A DNA stretch of 64,000 bases, from the NCBI GenBank assembly GCA_963769025.1, contig CAVYKI010000006.1, positions 128,001 through 192,000 of the forward strand, read 5' to 3'. A program made the position numbers and the translations under genes. This DNA is from an uncultured Verrucomicrobiae bacterium. GTDB taxonomy: Bacteria; Verrucomicrobiota; Verrucomicrobiia; Chthoniobacterales; Chthoniobacteraceae. Each line of letters begins with the position of its first letter. Positions within the stretch are counted from its first letter, which is position 1. The notes under the pieces are model-generated. The model worked only from the letters and a program-made list of their open reading frames with translations. It made no database searches and was not told the DNA's origin. This document shows positions 1 through 13,327 of this stretch, in pieces.

Positions 1-322
1 TTTCCGGAAGGCGGAAATGAATCCGGCAGCCGTCCGCGCCGGTGCCGCGGTATTCACGGAAGCCCGCGGAATTTGCGCTCGTGAAAAAGCTCGCGCAGTT
101 CGGGGAGGTGCTCCCTTCCATCTTGGACGATCACCGTCCAAATCTGCTCTGCAATTACCTCTTCGAACTCGCAAACGCGTTCACTCATTCTTCGAGGCGT
201 GCCCGGTCCTGAAAGCGGCAGAACCGGTGCGCAATTCACGGCTCGCTTTGAGCGACACCACGGCGCGTGTCCTTGCCAAGGGTCTCGATCTGCTCGGCAT
301 TTCCGTGCCTGAACGCATGTAG
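1..322 (+). CDS. argS: Arginine--tRNA ligase, 3' end (partial, apparent indels)
   Basis: Joining frames gives FRKAE...[48 protein letters not shown]...SRLAL...[13 protein letters not shown], the ArgRS anticodon-binding C-terminus. Confidence 0.9.
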   Translation, partial: FRKAEMNPAAVRAGAAVFTEARGICAREKARAVRGGAPFHLGRSPSKSALQLPLRTRKRVHSFFEACPVLKAAEPVRNSRLALSDTTARVLAKGLDLLGISVPERM

Positions 323-445
323 CGCGAGCCTTTCATTCGGCACGGACGAGGCAAATTGAGTTGGAAGGAGTAATCCATCACCAAATCATGATGCGTCACT
401 TTGTTGCTTGAAACAATTGACGCTCACGCTCTTATTTCCCCAGCC

Positions 446-4245
<3,800 letters not shown>

Positions 4246-4258
4246 CGAACGCGCCGGC

Positions 4259-4642
4259 CTAGCCGCCGACCGCGACCGCGTTTGCCACTGCGTAGTGTTC
4301 GCTGTGGCTGAGGCTCAGCAGCACCTGGGCCACGCCGAGCCCGCGGGCGGTGTCCGCACCGATTCCGCTGAGGACAACGTGCGGGGCGCCGCTTTCCTTG
4401 CGGCAAATCTCGATGTCGTGCCAGTGAAGCTGCGCGCCGATGCCGGTGCCGAGCGCCTTGGACACGGCCTCTTTTGCTGCGAACCGCGCGGCGTAGCACC
4501 GGGCCGGTTCACGCTGGGGCGAGCAGTAGGCCTGCTCCGCAGGGAGAAAGAGGCGGTCGAGGAGCGACTGCCCACTCCGTTCCATCGCGGATGCGAACCG
4601 CGCGATTTCCACGATGTCCACGCCGATGCCGAGCACGCTCAT
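4259..4642 (-). CDS. acpS: Holo-[ACP] synthase
   Basis: [32 protein letters not shown]; directly after pdxJ. Confidence 0.95.
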   Translation of the reverse strand: MSVLGIGVDIVEIARFASAMERSGQSLLDRLFLPAEQAYCSPQREPARCYAARFAAKEAVSKALGTGIGAQLHWHDIEICRKESGAPHVVLSGIGADTARGLGVAQVLLSLSHSEHYAVANAVAVGG

Positions 4643-4646
4643 GGCG

Positions 4647-5378
4647 TCAGGCATTCATCGAGGCGAGCATCTCGCGCACGGCTGCGTCGAGCCCGGAGAA
4701 AATGGCGCGCGACACGATGCTGTGGCCGATGTTCAGCTCGACCAGATGCGGCACCGTACGAATGAGCGCGATGTTGGTGTAATTGATTCCGTGCCCGGCA
4801 TTCACCTGCAACCCGAGGCCGCGGGCAAAGACCGACGCCTCGTGAATTCGCGCGAGTTCCTCGCGCTGGGCGTTGCTGGTCGCGTTCGCAAATGCACCGG
4901 TGTGAAGCTCCACGATCTCCGCGCCGAGCTTGTGCGATACCTCGATCTGTTCGCGCGACGGCTCGATGAACATGCTCACGCGGATGCCCGCGGCCCGCAG
5001 CCGATCGACCGTGGGGCGAAGGGCGTCGAATTGCCCGGCGACATCCAGCCCTCCCTCGGTGGTCACCTCGCGGCGGTTCTCCGGCACCAGGCAGACTTCG
5101 GCGGGCTTCACGCGCAACGCGATTTCGAGAATCTCCGGCGTGTTGCCCATCTCGAGATTCATCTTCGTCGTGAGCTGATCGCGCAGGCGAAAAACATCCG
5201 CGTCCTGGATGTGCCGACGGTCGGCGCGCAGGTGGATGGTGATGCCGTGGGCGCCCGCCTTTTCGCAGACCGCTGCTGCGGCGAGCACGTCCGGCTCCGC
5301 ATTATGTGCATCGATGCCGCCGGCGTAGCGCGCCTGGCGCAGCGTGGCGACGTGGTCAATGTTGACGCCGAGTTTCAT
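4647..5378 (-). CDS. pdxJ: Pyridoxine 5'-phosphate synthase
   Basis: LGVNIDHVATLRQAR, HLRADRRHIQ, TTEGGLD, NAGHG, ELNIGHSI. Confidence 0.97.
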   Translation of the reverse strand: MKLGVNIDHVATLRQARYAGGIDAHNAEPDVLAAAAVCEKAGAHGITIHLRADRRHIQDADVFRLRDQLTTKMNLEMGNTPEILEIALRVKPAEVCLVPENRREVTTEGGLDVAGQFDALRPTVDRLRAAGIRVSMFIEPSREQIEVSHKLGAEIVELHTGAFANATSNAQREELARIHEASVFARGLGLQVNAGHGINYTNIALIRTVPHLVELNIGHSIVSRAIFSGLDAAVREMLASMNA

Positions 5379-5393
5379 TCGCGGCGCGGTCGC

Positions 5394-6920
5394 TCAGTGC
5401 CTGAAATGCCGCACTCCCGTGCAAATCATCGCCATCTGGCGTTCGTTCGCGGCGGCGATCACCTCGGGATCCTTCACGGAGCCGCCGGGCTGGATCGCAC
5501 AGGTCGCGCCGGCCTCCGCCGCGGCGATGAGGCCATCGGGAAATGGGAAGAATGCATCGCTGCCCACAGCGCTGCCCGCGAGGCTGAGGCCCGCGTCCTT
5601 CGCCTTCCAGATCGCGATGCGGCTCGAATCCACGCGCGACATCTGGCCGGCGCCGATGCCGAGCGTGCGATCCTTCGCGGCGTACACGATCGCGTTGCTC
5701 TTCACGTGCTTCACGACTTTCCACGCAAAGAGCATCGCTGCCAGTTCGTCAGCGGTCGGTTTGCGCGCGGTCACCACCTTCGATTCGATGTCCGTCTCGG
5801 GCGACGAATCGCGGCCCTGCACCAGCACGCCGCCGACCACGCTGCGGATGAGGAGGTCGTCCTTCGTCTGCACCGGGCTGAGCATTCGCATCAGCCGCAG
5901 GTTCTTCTTCTTCTGCAGCAGCGCGCGCGCATCGGGCTCGAATTCCGGGGCGATGATCACCTCGCTGAAAATCTCGCTGATCGCGCGGGCGAGCGGCTCG
6001 GTGAGCGGGCGGTTGCAGATGATGATGCCGCCGAAGGGCGCCTGTTTGTCCGTCGCGAACGCCTTGTCCCACGCCTCGCGCAGATCCGCGTCGCTGCCCA
6101 CGCCGCACGGGTTGGTGTGCTTCAAAATGGCGACCGTCGGCTCGCTGAATTCCTCGATGAGCTCGGCGGCGGCAGTGATGTCCAGGATGTTGTTATACGA
6201 GAGATCCTTGCCGTGGAGCTTCTCGAAATGTTCGTTCCAGCGCCCGTAGAGCGCGGCGGTCTGGTGCGGGTTTTCGCCGTAGCGGAGTTGCGTAACGAGC
6301 GGCTCGCTGATGCTGAAGGACGAGGGGCACTCCTTCTCCTCGTTCAGGAAATTTGCGATCGCCCCGTCGTACTTCGAAGTGGTGACAAAGACCTTGATGC
6401 CGAGCCGCTCGCGGAGTTGCAGCGTCGTCTCGCCGTCGTTCGCCTTCATCGCATCGATCACGTCCGTGTAGTCCGCCGGGTCCACGACCACCGTCACGCT
6501 CCGGTAGTTCTTCGCCGCGCTGCGGAGCATCGACGGGCCGCCGATGTCGATCTGCTCGATGGCCTCCTCCAGCGTCACGCCTTCCTTCGCGACCGTGGCT
6601 TCAAACGGATACAGGTTCACGACCACGAGATCGATTGGCTCGATGCCGTGCTCCTTGGCCTGCGCCACGTGTTCTGCATTGTCGCGGAGATGCAGCAGTC
6701 CGCCGTGGACCTTCGGGTGCAGCGTCTTCACGCGTCCGTCCATCATCTCGGGAAAGCCCGTGTATTGTGAAATTTCGATCACCGGGATTTTCTCCGCCTG
6801 CAGAAGCTTTGCCGTGCCGCCGGTGGAGATGATTTCGACTCCCATCGCGGAGAGTTCCTGTGCAAAGGCGACTAGGCCGGTCTTGTCCGAAACGGAGATG
6901 AGCGCGCGGGTGATTTTCAT
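5394..6920 (-). CDS. purH: Bifunctional AICAR transformylase/IMP cyclohydrolase
   Basis: [54 protein letters not shown]. Confidence 0.98.
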   Translation of the reverse strand: MKITRALISVSDKTGLVAFAQELSAMGVEIISTGGTAKLLQAEKIPVIEISQYTGFPEMMDGRVKTLHPKVHGGLLHLRDNAEHVAQAKEHGIEPIDLVVVNLYPFEATVAKEGVTLEEAIEQIDIGGPSMLRSAAKNYRSVTVVVDPADYTDVIDAMKANDGETTLQLRERLGIKVFVTTSKYDGAIANFLNEEKECPSSFSISEPLVTQLRYGENPHQTAALYGRWNEHFEKLHGKDLSYNNILDITAAAELIEEFSEPTVAILKHTNPCGVGSDADLREAWDKAFATDKQAPFGGIIICNRPLTEPLARAISEIFSEVIIAPEFEPDARALLQKKKNLRLMRMLSPVQTKDDLLIRSVVGGVLVQGRDSSPETDIESKVVTARKPTADELAAMLFAWKVVKHVKSNAIVYAAKDRTLGIGAGQMSRVDSSRIAIWKAKDAGLSLAGSAVGSDAFFPFPDGLIAAAEAGATCAIQPGGSVKDPEVIAAANERQMAMICTGVRHFRH

Positions 6921-6924
6921 CGAA

Positions 6925-6960
6925 GGGCGCGGAGGCTATCAGCGACGGCGGGTGGGTCAA
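6925..6960 (-). promoter_or_regulatory. Putative sigma70-type promoter of purH
   Basis: Minus strand TTGACC-N16-TAGCCT-CCGCGCCC; the -10 box ends 12 nt before the ATG. Confidence 0.55.
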
Positions 6961-7067
6961 GTGGCGCGCTGGAAATGGATGCCGGCCTTTGCGCGCACTC
7001 GCGTTGCGTCACGCGTCCTAAGCTGCGCGACTGGTGCGGATACCCTCGGCAGGAACCTTCCCGCCCG

Positions 7068-8237
7068 ATGAACATCCCTCGCATGACCCGCCGTCACTTT
7101 GCAAAAGGTGGAACCCTTTTGTCCCTCTCCATGCTCGCAGGCATCCGCTCGCGCGCCGAAGCGCCGCCGCGGATTCGCGTGCTCGACAGGCGCGTCATCA
7201 GCCAGCAGCCGGAGCATTACTGCGGGTGGCCGACGGTGGCGTTACGCGCGAATGGTGAACTGTGGGTGACGTGGTCCGGCGGGCGCGAGGCGCACGTGTG
7301 CCCGTTCGGGCAGGTGCATGCGATGACTTCGCGCGACAGGGGAGAGACGTGGACGTGGCCGCGCGTGCTGCATGATTCTGCGATCGACGATCGCGACAGC
7401 GGGTGCATCGAGACGGCGAAGGGCACGCTGCTTGTCACGACGTTTTCGTCGCTCGCGTACGAGGACATTTTGGCAAAGGCAGAGAAGGAGGGAAAGTGGG
7501 ACGGGGCGAAGCTCGCACGATGGAAGGCCGCACACGACGGCCTGAACGCGGACGAGCGGAAGTCGGAGCTCGGTGCATGGCTCCTGCGCTCGACTGACGG
7601 CGGCCTGTCGTGGTCGGCTCGCATCGATACGATCGTGAACAGTCCGCACGGGCCCATTCAGCTCAAGGACGGTCGCCTGCTTTACGCGGGGAAACGGCTG
7701 TGGGATAATACGAGGGCAATCGGCGTGTGCGAATCAAAGGACGACGGGCAGACGTGGCAGTGGCTCGCGGACATCCCGACCCGCGCCGGCGACCTGGTGG
7801 TACGCGGATACCACGAGCTTCACGCCGTCGAGGCGCAGGACGGGACGCTGATCGCGCAGATTCGGAATCACAACACGGCAAACGCCGGCGAGACCTTGCA
7901 GAGCGAGTCGCGCGACGGCGGAAAGACGTGGAGCGAGCCGCGCAGCATCGGCGTGTGGGGATTGCCTTCGCATCTGCTCCGCCTGCGCGATGGGCGGCTG
8001 TTGATGACTTACGGGCATCGCCGCGCGCCGTTCGGGAATCAGGCTCGCATCAGCGCGGACAACGGAAGGTCGTGGAGCGAGGCGAGGGTCCTCTCGGACG
8101 ATGGCGTGGGTGGCGATCTGGGTTACCCGAGCACGGTGCAGTTTGACGACGGCACGCTGCTCACCGTCTGGTACGAGAGCATGAAGCAGCACCCGAAGGC
8201 CGTCTTGCGGCAGGCGAGGTGGAAACTGGAGTCATAG
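7068..8237 (+). CDS. Tat-exported BNR/Asp-box (sialidase-like) beta-propeller protein
   Basis: Twin-arginine leader MTRRHF; five Asp boxes (SRDRGETW, STDGGLSW, SKDDGQTW, SRDGGKTW, SADNGRSW); C-terminal DLGYP. Confidence 0.8.
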   Translation: MNIPRMTRRHFAKGGTLLSLSMLAGIRSRAEAPPRIRVLDRRVISQQPEHYCGWPTVALRANGELWVTWSGGREAHVCPFGQVHAMTSRDRGETWTWPRVLHDSAIDDRDSGCIETAKGTLLVTTFSSLAYEDILAKAEKEGKWDGAKLARWKAAHDGLNADERKSELGAWLLRSTDGGLSWSARIDTIVNSPHGPIQLKDGRLLYAGKRLWDNTRAIGVCESKDDGQTWQWLADIPTRAGDLVVRGYHELHAVEAQDGTLIAQIRNHNTANAGETLQSESRDGGKTWSEPRSIGVWGLPSHLLRLRDGRLLMTYGHRRAPFGNQARISADNGRSWSEARVLSDDGVGGDLGYPSTVQFDDGTLLTVWYESMKQHPKAVLRQARWKLES

Positions 8238-8238
8238 C

Positions 8239-8922
8239 CTAAGCCTCGAACTTGTAGCCGAATTCCCGCACCGTGCGGATGTGTCGCGGCTTGGCGGGAT
8301 CCTTTTCGATTTTGTTTCGCAGGGCGTTCACGAAGCGGTCGATCGAGCGCGGCGTGACCGCGGCGTCGTAGCCCCAGACGGTGTTCATGATGAGGTCGCG
8401 GCTGAGCGCCTGGCCGGGGCGGCTGGCGAGGAAGCGCAGCAGTTCGAATTCCTTGGGCGAGAGCGGATGCTCCTTGCCCGAGCGCGTGAAGGTGCGCGCC
8501 TCGCAGTCGAGCTTGCACTCGCCGAACTTGTAGATTTCCGACCCGCTCTGCTTGTGCCGGCGGAGGAGGACCTCGGCGCGGGCGAGGAGTTCTTTGATGG
8601 AAAAGGGCTTCGTCACGTAGTCGTCTGCGCCGAGCTTCAGGCCGAGGACGATGTCGCTTTCATGACCTTTCGCAGTGAGCATGAGGATGGGCATCGTCAG
8701 CTTTTCCGAGCGGATGAAGCGGCAGACTTCGTAGCCGTTCACCTTCGGGAGCATCACGTCGAGGAGGATGAGGTCCGGCTTTCCGGCGAGCGCGGCCTTG
8801 ATGCCCGCGTCGCCGTCCGTCGCGGTGAGGACCTTGTAGCCCTCGAATTCAAAATTGTCCTTCAGCCCGCGGAGCATCGCGGGGTCGTCTTCGACGATGA
8901 GGACGGTCGTGGTCGTATTCAC
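8239..8922 (-). CDS. OmpR/PhoB-family response regulator
   Basis: Receiver domain (VEDD, LLDVMLP, GADDYVTKPF) plus winged helix (KEFELL...IRTVREFGYKF). Confidence 0.95.
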   Translation of the reverse strand: MNTTTTVLIVEDDPAMLRGLKDNFEFEGYKVLTATDGDAGIKAALAGKPDLILLDVMLPKVNGYEVCRFIRSEKLTMPILMLTAKGHESDIVLGLKLGADDYVTKPFSIKELLARAEVLLRRHKQSGSEIYKFGECKLDCEARTFTRSGKEHPLSPKEFELLRFLASRPGQALSRDLIMNTVWGYDAAVTPRSIDRFVNALRNKIEKDPAKPRHIRTVREFGYKFEA

Positions 8923-10124
8923 GCCAGGGGGATTTTCACGGTGAATACGCTGCCTTTTCCCAGCTCACCTGCAACGGTGATTTCGCCCCCGTGCGCCTTC
9001 ACGATCCGGCGCACGATGGCGAGGCCGAGCCCGGCGCCTTCGCGGGTGCGCGAGAGCCGCTGGTCCACTTGGTGAAATGGTTCGAAGATCTCGCGGCGCT
9101 GATCGGGCGCGATGCCGATGCCGTTGTCCTCAACGACAAACGCGAGCATCCCGCCTTCCGCTGTTGCGCGAACGGTGATCCGCTTTTCATCGCCCGTGTA
9201 CTTCAGCGCGTTGTCGATGAGGTTTGAGAGCACCTGCGCGAGCGCCTCGCGGTCGGCGTGGATATCGGGGAGGGATTCGGGCACATCGAGTGCAAACGAA
9301 CACGCCGGCGCCTTGATGCGCTCCGCGAACGGTGCCGCTGCGAGGGTGGCGACCGTGTGCGGCGCGACGGGTGCGAGATCCAGCGCCGGAGTGCCGCGGT
9401 CGAGCCGGGAAAAGGCGAGGAAATTTTCCGCGATGCGCCGCAGCCTGTCGTTCTCGCCGGCGATCAGTTCGAGGTATTCCCGGAGTTGCTGTCCGTTGCG
9501 GTATCGGCCCTCCCGCAACGTGTCCACGAACATGCGCAGCGATGCGATGGGGGTGCGCAGCTCGTGCGCGACGATGGCGACGGACGTGCTCTTGAGCTCC
9601 TGCAGGGTGATCTGCCTGCTCACGGCCCTCGCTGCCGTCGCTGCGATCGCGAGCACAAGCAGCGTCGTGAGCACGCCGGTCGCGATGTAGATGCGCTGCT
9701 GGGCGGCGACCGCTTCCTCGATCAAGTCCTGGCTGGCGAGGAAAAGCTGCACGCGGCCTTCCAGCCCGGCGGGGGTGCGTTCCTGTGCGAGCGGCTGGCC
9801 CTTGGGGGACTCCTCCCCGGCGAGCGTGCGGCCCGCAGGATCCACGATGCGGATGCTCACGGATGGCTCCGCAAACTCCCGGATGTGTGCGCGGAGCCGT
9901 GTCGCGCGTTCGGCGGGCGGGCCTTCCAGCGGCGGGGCGGAACGCAGCGCGCTGGCGAGCAGTTCCGTCTGGAATTGCTGGATGCGTGCGAATGCGTCCG
10001 TGCGCTCGCCCTTGAGCGCGGCCGACATGAAGCTCACCATGAGCGCGGTCGGGATCAGCGGGACGAGCACGAGGAGGAGGAGCAGCGCGCGGAGTTGCTT
10101 GGGTCGGATCTCGTGCGCGGTCAT
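8919..10124 (-). CDS. Membrane sensor histidine kinase
   Basis: Two hydrophobic segments; H-box AHELRTP; N-box NLIDNALKY; DNGIGI; GAGLGL; overlaps the regulator by 4 nt. Confidence 0.93.
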   Translation of the reverse strand: MTAHEIRPKQLRALLLLLVLVPLIPTALMVSFMSAALKGERTDAFARIQQFQTELLASALRSAPPLEGPPAERATRLRAHIREFAEPSVSIRIVDPAGRTLAGEESPKGQPLAQERTPAGLEGRVQLFLASQDLIEEAVAAQQRIYIATGVLTTLLVLAIAATAARAVSRQITLQELKSTSVAIVAHELRTPIASLRMFVDTLREGRYRNGQQLREYLELIAGENDRLRRIAENFLAFSRLDRGTPALDLAPVAPHTVATLAAAPFAERIKAPACSFALDVPESLPDIHADREALAQVLSNLIDNALKYTGDEKRITVRATAEGGMLAFVVEDNGIGIAPDQRREIFEPFHQVDQRLSRTREGAGLGLAIVRRIVKAHGGEITVAGELGKGSVFTVKIPLA

Positions 10125-10189
10125 GGAAAAGGCTTCATACGCGGCCCGGCGGAGAAATGCCACCCCGCTTCCCGCTGCTCCTTCCGCTT

Positions 10190-10224
10190 AAAAAGAAGCA
10201 GGCTCCCATCGCTGGGAGCCTGCT
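10190..10224 (-). terminator. Intrinsic terminator downstream of the pilin-like gene
   Basis: Perfect 12-bp stem AGCAGGCTCCCA/TGGGAGCCTGCT (10197-10224) followed on the minus strand by TCTTTTT. Confidence 0.7.
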
Positions 10225-10302
10225 GTGATTTTGTAACTCTATGCGTGCGCGATTCCGTCATCCCGGAAGGCCGGGACCTCGTTTGCGCGCAACGGATCCC
10301 GC

Positions 10303-11022
10303 CTAGCTGCCGGGCTCGGGTGCCAGGATCTTCGCGTCGGTTCCGAGCCATTCATCCGTGGCGGTGAGGATGTTGGCTCCACTGAGCGGGCCTTTCACGA
10401 ATGTCGCGGTTGCCGAGGTGGTGTCCATTTCCTTGCCGCTGACCGGGCGCGCGCTTCCGTCGCAGAAGCCGATGACCGCGTCCGTTCCACCCCAGACTCC
10501 GCCTTTGCTGCTCGTGGCGGAAGTATAGGTGAGGTCGGCCGCGGACTTGGTCGCGGTCGCCACCAAAGGCCAGCGCGGATCGCTCGTCTCCGAAAGTCCG
10601 AGGATGTAGAGCCAGTCGTTTTGGCCCTTCTTGAGAAGTTTCGCATCGGCTGCCGTGGTGTCATTTTCAGGGACCTTGCAGTAGGCGGAGAGCTTGTTCA
10701 GGAAGACCTTCTTGTTCTGCGCGTAGGGCATGATGTTTTCGAACGCCTTGTTGGAGAAGTCACCCTCCGCAAGCGCTGTTCCGGGCGTCCCGGCTGCATC
10801 GACGGTCGTCGTCGGGAAGTTGCCGTCGTTCGCGCCGGAATACATCCGAAGCGAGGTGACGATCTGCTTGCAGTTGCTGACCGATTCCGTGATGCGGCCT
10901 TTCTTCATCGCGCTGGTGAAGACGGGCATCGCGAGGCCTGCCAGGATGGCGATGATGGAAATGACGACGAGCAGCTCGATGAGCGTGAAGCCGCTCCGAT
11001 GGGAGGGACGGGGAGTTTTCAT
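10303..11022 (-). CDS. Prepilin-type N-terminal cleavage/methylation domain protein
   Basis: Class III signal G|FTLIELLVVISIIAILAGLAMP; SNCKQI; C-terminal FCDGS. Confidence 0.88.
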   Translation of the reverse strand: MKTPRPSHRSGFTLIELLVVISIIAILAGLAMPVFTSAMKKGRITESVSNCKQIVTSLRMYSGANDGNFPTTTVDAAGTPGTALAEGDFSNKAFENIMPYAQNKKVFLNKLSAYCKVPENDTTAADAKLLKKGQNDWLYILGLSETSDPRWPLVATATKSAADLTYTSATSSKGGVWGGTDAVIGFCDGSARPVSGKEMDTTSATATFVKGPLSGANILTATDEWLGTDAKILAPEPGS

Positions 11023-11096
11023 TGGTATTTTTGGTTTTGGGTTGTCGCCGGTGCCCGCGGGATTGCGTTTACCTGCGAGCGAAGTGGAGCGGATGC

Positions 11097-11125
11097 ATGT
11101 TACCGAAATGTTACGGCAACGTTCG
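11097..11125. promoter_or_regulatory. 11-bp-periodic direct repeat, candidate OmpR-family operator
   Basis: ATGTTAC-cgaa-ATGTTAC-ggca-ACGTTCG in the divergent pilin/liv intergenic region. Confidence 0.5.
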
Positions 11126-11216
11126 CTGTTGGTGATTTGTAGCGCACCCGGAACCGCCTTGCTCCGGCCCAAAGCAGCGCCTTGCACTTTGCGGAATTTC
11201 CGCGCTCCATGTCGCC

Positions 11217-12339
11217 ATGATGCGCATCTCCACCTTTCTCACAGGCATTCTCACCTTCACGGCGGCCATCGCCCTTCATGCAGACGATGAAATCCCCGTC
11301 GGCGAGTTCGCCTCGCTCACGGGCGGCAGCGCGAGCTTCGGCCAGTCGTCGCACAAGGGGACGCAGCTCGCGATCGACGAACTCAACGCGGCGGGCGGCG
11401 TGCTCGGCAAAAAGCTGAAGCTCATCGCCGAGGACGACCAGTCGCTCGCTGGCCAGCCGGCGACCATCATGCGGAAGCTGATTTCGCAGGACAAAGTGGT
11501 GGCCGTGCTCGGCGAGGTCGCGTCCTCGAAATCGCTCGAAGCCGCGCCGATCTGCCAGCAGAACAAGGTGCCGATGATTTCCCCCGCCTCGACGAACCCG
11601 AAGGTGACCGAGGTCGGCGACTACATTTTCCGCATCTGCTTCATCGATCCTTTCCAAGGCACGGTGATGGCGAAGTTCGCGCTCGGGAAAGGATACAAGA
11701 ACGTCGCCGTGCTCACCGACGTGAAGCAGGACTACGCGGTCGGCCTCGCGGAGTTTTTCACGAAGCACTTCACGGCCAGCGGCGGCACGATCACGAAGGA
11801 GCAGAAGTACTCGACCGGCGACAAGGATTTCAAGGGACAGCTCACCTCGCTCAAGGCCGGCGAAGCCGGACGCGATCTTCGTCCCCGGCTACTACGGCGA
11901 GGTCGCGCTCATCGCGCGGCAGGCGAAGCAGCTCGGCATCAAGGTGCCGCTGCTCGGCGGCGACGGCTGGGTCGGTGATTCGCTGCTGAAGGTCGCGGGC
12001 AACACGCTCGACGGCTCGTTCTTCTCCTCGCACTTCTCCGCCGAGGACAAGACGCCCGCGGTGCAGGAATTCGTGAAGAAGTACCAGGCGAAATACGGCA
12101 CGGTGCCGGACGACATGGCTGCGCTCGGTTACGACAGCGCGATGATCCTCGCCGACGCGATCAAGCGTGCGGGCAGCACCGATGGACCGAAGCTGCGCGA
12201 CGCCATCGCCGCCACGAAGGAATTCAAGGGCATCACCGGCATGATCACGATCGATGAGAAGCGGAACGCGTCCAAGTCCGCCGTCATCATGACGATCGAA
12301 AACGGCGCGATGAAGTTCCTCGAGACGGTCGCGCCGTAG
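11217..12339 (+). CDS. Branched-chain amino acid ABC transporter substrate-binding protein (frameshift near 11860)
   Basis: Signal peptide; SLTGGSASFG; ISPASTNPKVT; FRICFIDPFQG; AALGYD; heads a liv operon. Confidence 0.9.
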
Positions 12340-12386
12340 TCTGCGATTGCCATTCGCGCGCCGGTCGGATTGTTTCGCGGGCCAAC

Positions 12387-13325
12387 GTGAGCGAACAAGC
12401 GATTGAGTTCATCCAGCAGCTGATCAACGGGCTTTCGCTCGGAGCGATCTACGCTCTCATCGCGCTCGGCTACACGATGGTGTTCGGCGTGCTGCGGTTC
12501 ATCAATTTCGCCCACGGTGACATCTTCATGCTCGGGGCGTTTGCGGGCTTTTACGTGGGGCCGCGGGTGATGTCGTTTTTTGGAGACAAGCCGAGCTACG
12601 GTGGCGCCGCCATCGTGCTGCTCGCCGCGATGCTGATCTGTGCCGCGCTCGGCATCATCATCGAGAAGCTTTGCTACAAGCCTCTGCGCGAGCGCCCGAA
12701 GATCACCGTGCTCATCACCGCCATCGGCGTGTCGCTGTTCCTGGAGAGCTTCGGGCAGTACATCTTCGGCGCGAGCCCGAAGGCATTTCCGACGCTCATC
12801 GAGGACATCGCGATCGAGCTGCCGGAGTCGTGGGGCAGCCTCACGGCCCTGACGGTGACGACCGGGCAGGTCATCGTCTTTGGCACCACGTTCGCGCTGA
12901 TGCTGGTACTCACGATCATCGTCCTGAAAACGAAGATCGGCACGGCGATGCGCGCCCTCGCGTACAATCCCACGGCCTGCGCGCTCATGGGCGTGAACAA
13001 CAGTTTTGTGATCTCGTTCACATTTGGGCTCGGCTCGGCGCTCGCGGGAGCGGCGGGCATCCTTACCAGCATCCAGCAGCCGAGCATCGATCCGCTCATG
13101 GGACTGCTGCCCGGCCTGAAGGCGTTCGTCGCCGCGGTGCTCGGCGGCATCGGAAATCTCGGCGGCGCGGTGCTCGGCGGCATCCTCATCGGCGTCGTGG
13201 AGACGCTCGTCGTCGGCTATGTTTCGCCGACGTATCGCGATGCGGTTGCATTTGCCGTGCTCATCCTCATCCTCCTGCTGCGGCCGGTCGGGCTGCTCGG
13301 GAAAAACGTGCGGGAGAAAGTGTAG
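12387..13325 (+). CDS. livH: BCAA ABC transporter permease
   Basis: QQLINGLSLGAIYALIALGYTMVFG, INFAHG, KAFVAAVLGGIG. Confidence 0.93.
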   Translation: MSEQAIEFIQQLINGLSLGAIYALIALGYTMVFGVLRFINFAHGDIFMLGAFAGFYVGPRVMSFFGDKPSYGGAAIVLLAAMLICAALGIIIEKLCYKPLRERPKITVLITAIGVSLFLESFGQYIFGASPKAFPTLIEDIAIELPESWGSLTALTVTTGQVIVFGTTFALMLVLTIIVLKTKIGTAMRALAYNPTACALMGVNNSFVISFTFGLGSALAGAAGILTSIQQPSIDPLMGLLPGLKAFVAAVLGGIGNLGGAVLGGILIGVVETLVVGYVSPTYRDAVAFAVLILILLLRPVGLLGKNVREKV

Positions 13326-13327
13326 CC

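Noticed and set aside
323..445. Possible SAM/SAH/cobalamin riboswitch upstream of metH
   Set aside because: AT-richer spacer, but I could not match the conserved cores of these riboswitches; an Rfam scan would settle it.
4614..6770. 718-aa plus-strand ORF (also 16064-18703, 20282-22540, 31040-32779, 41639-44335)
   Set aside because: Antisense shadows of well-supported genes; expected in high-GC DNA and without recognisable motifs.
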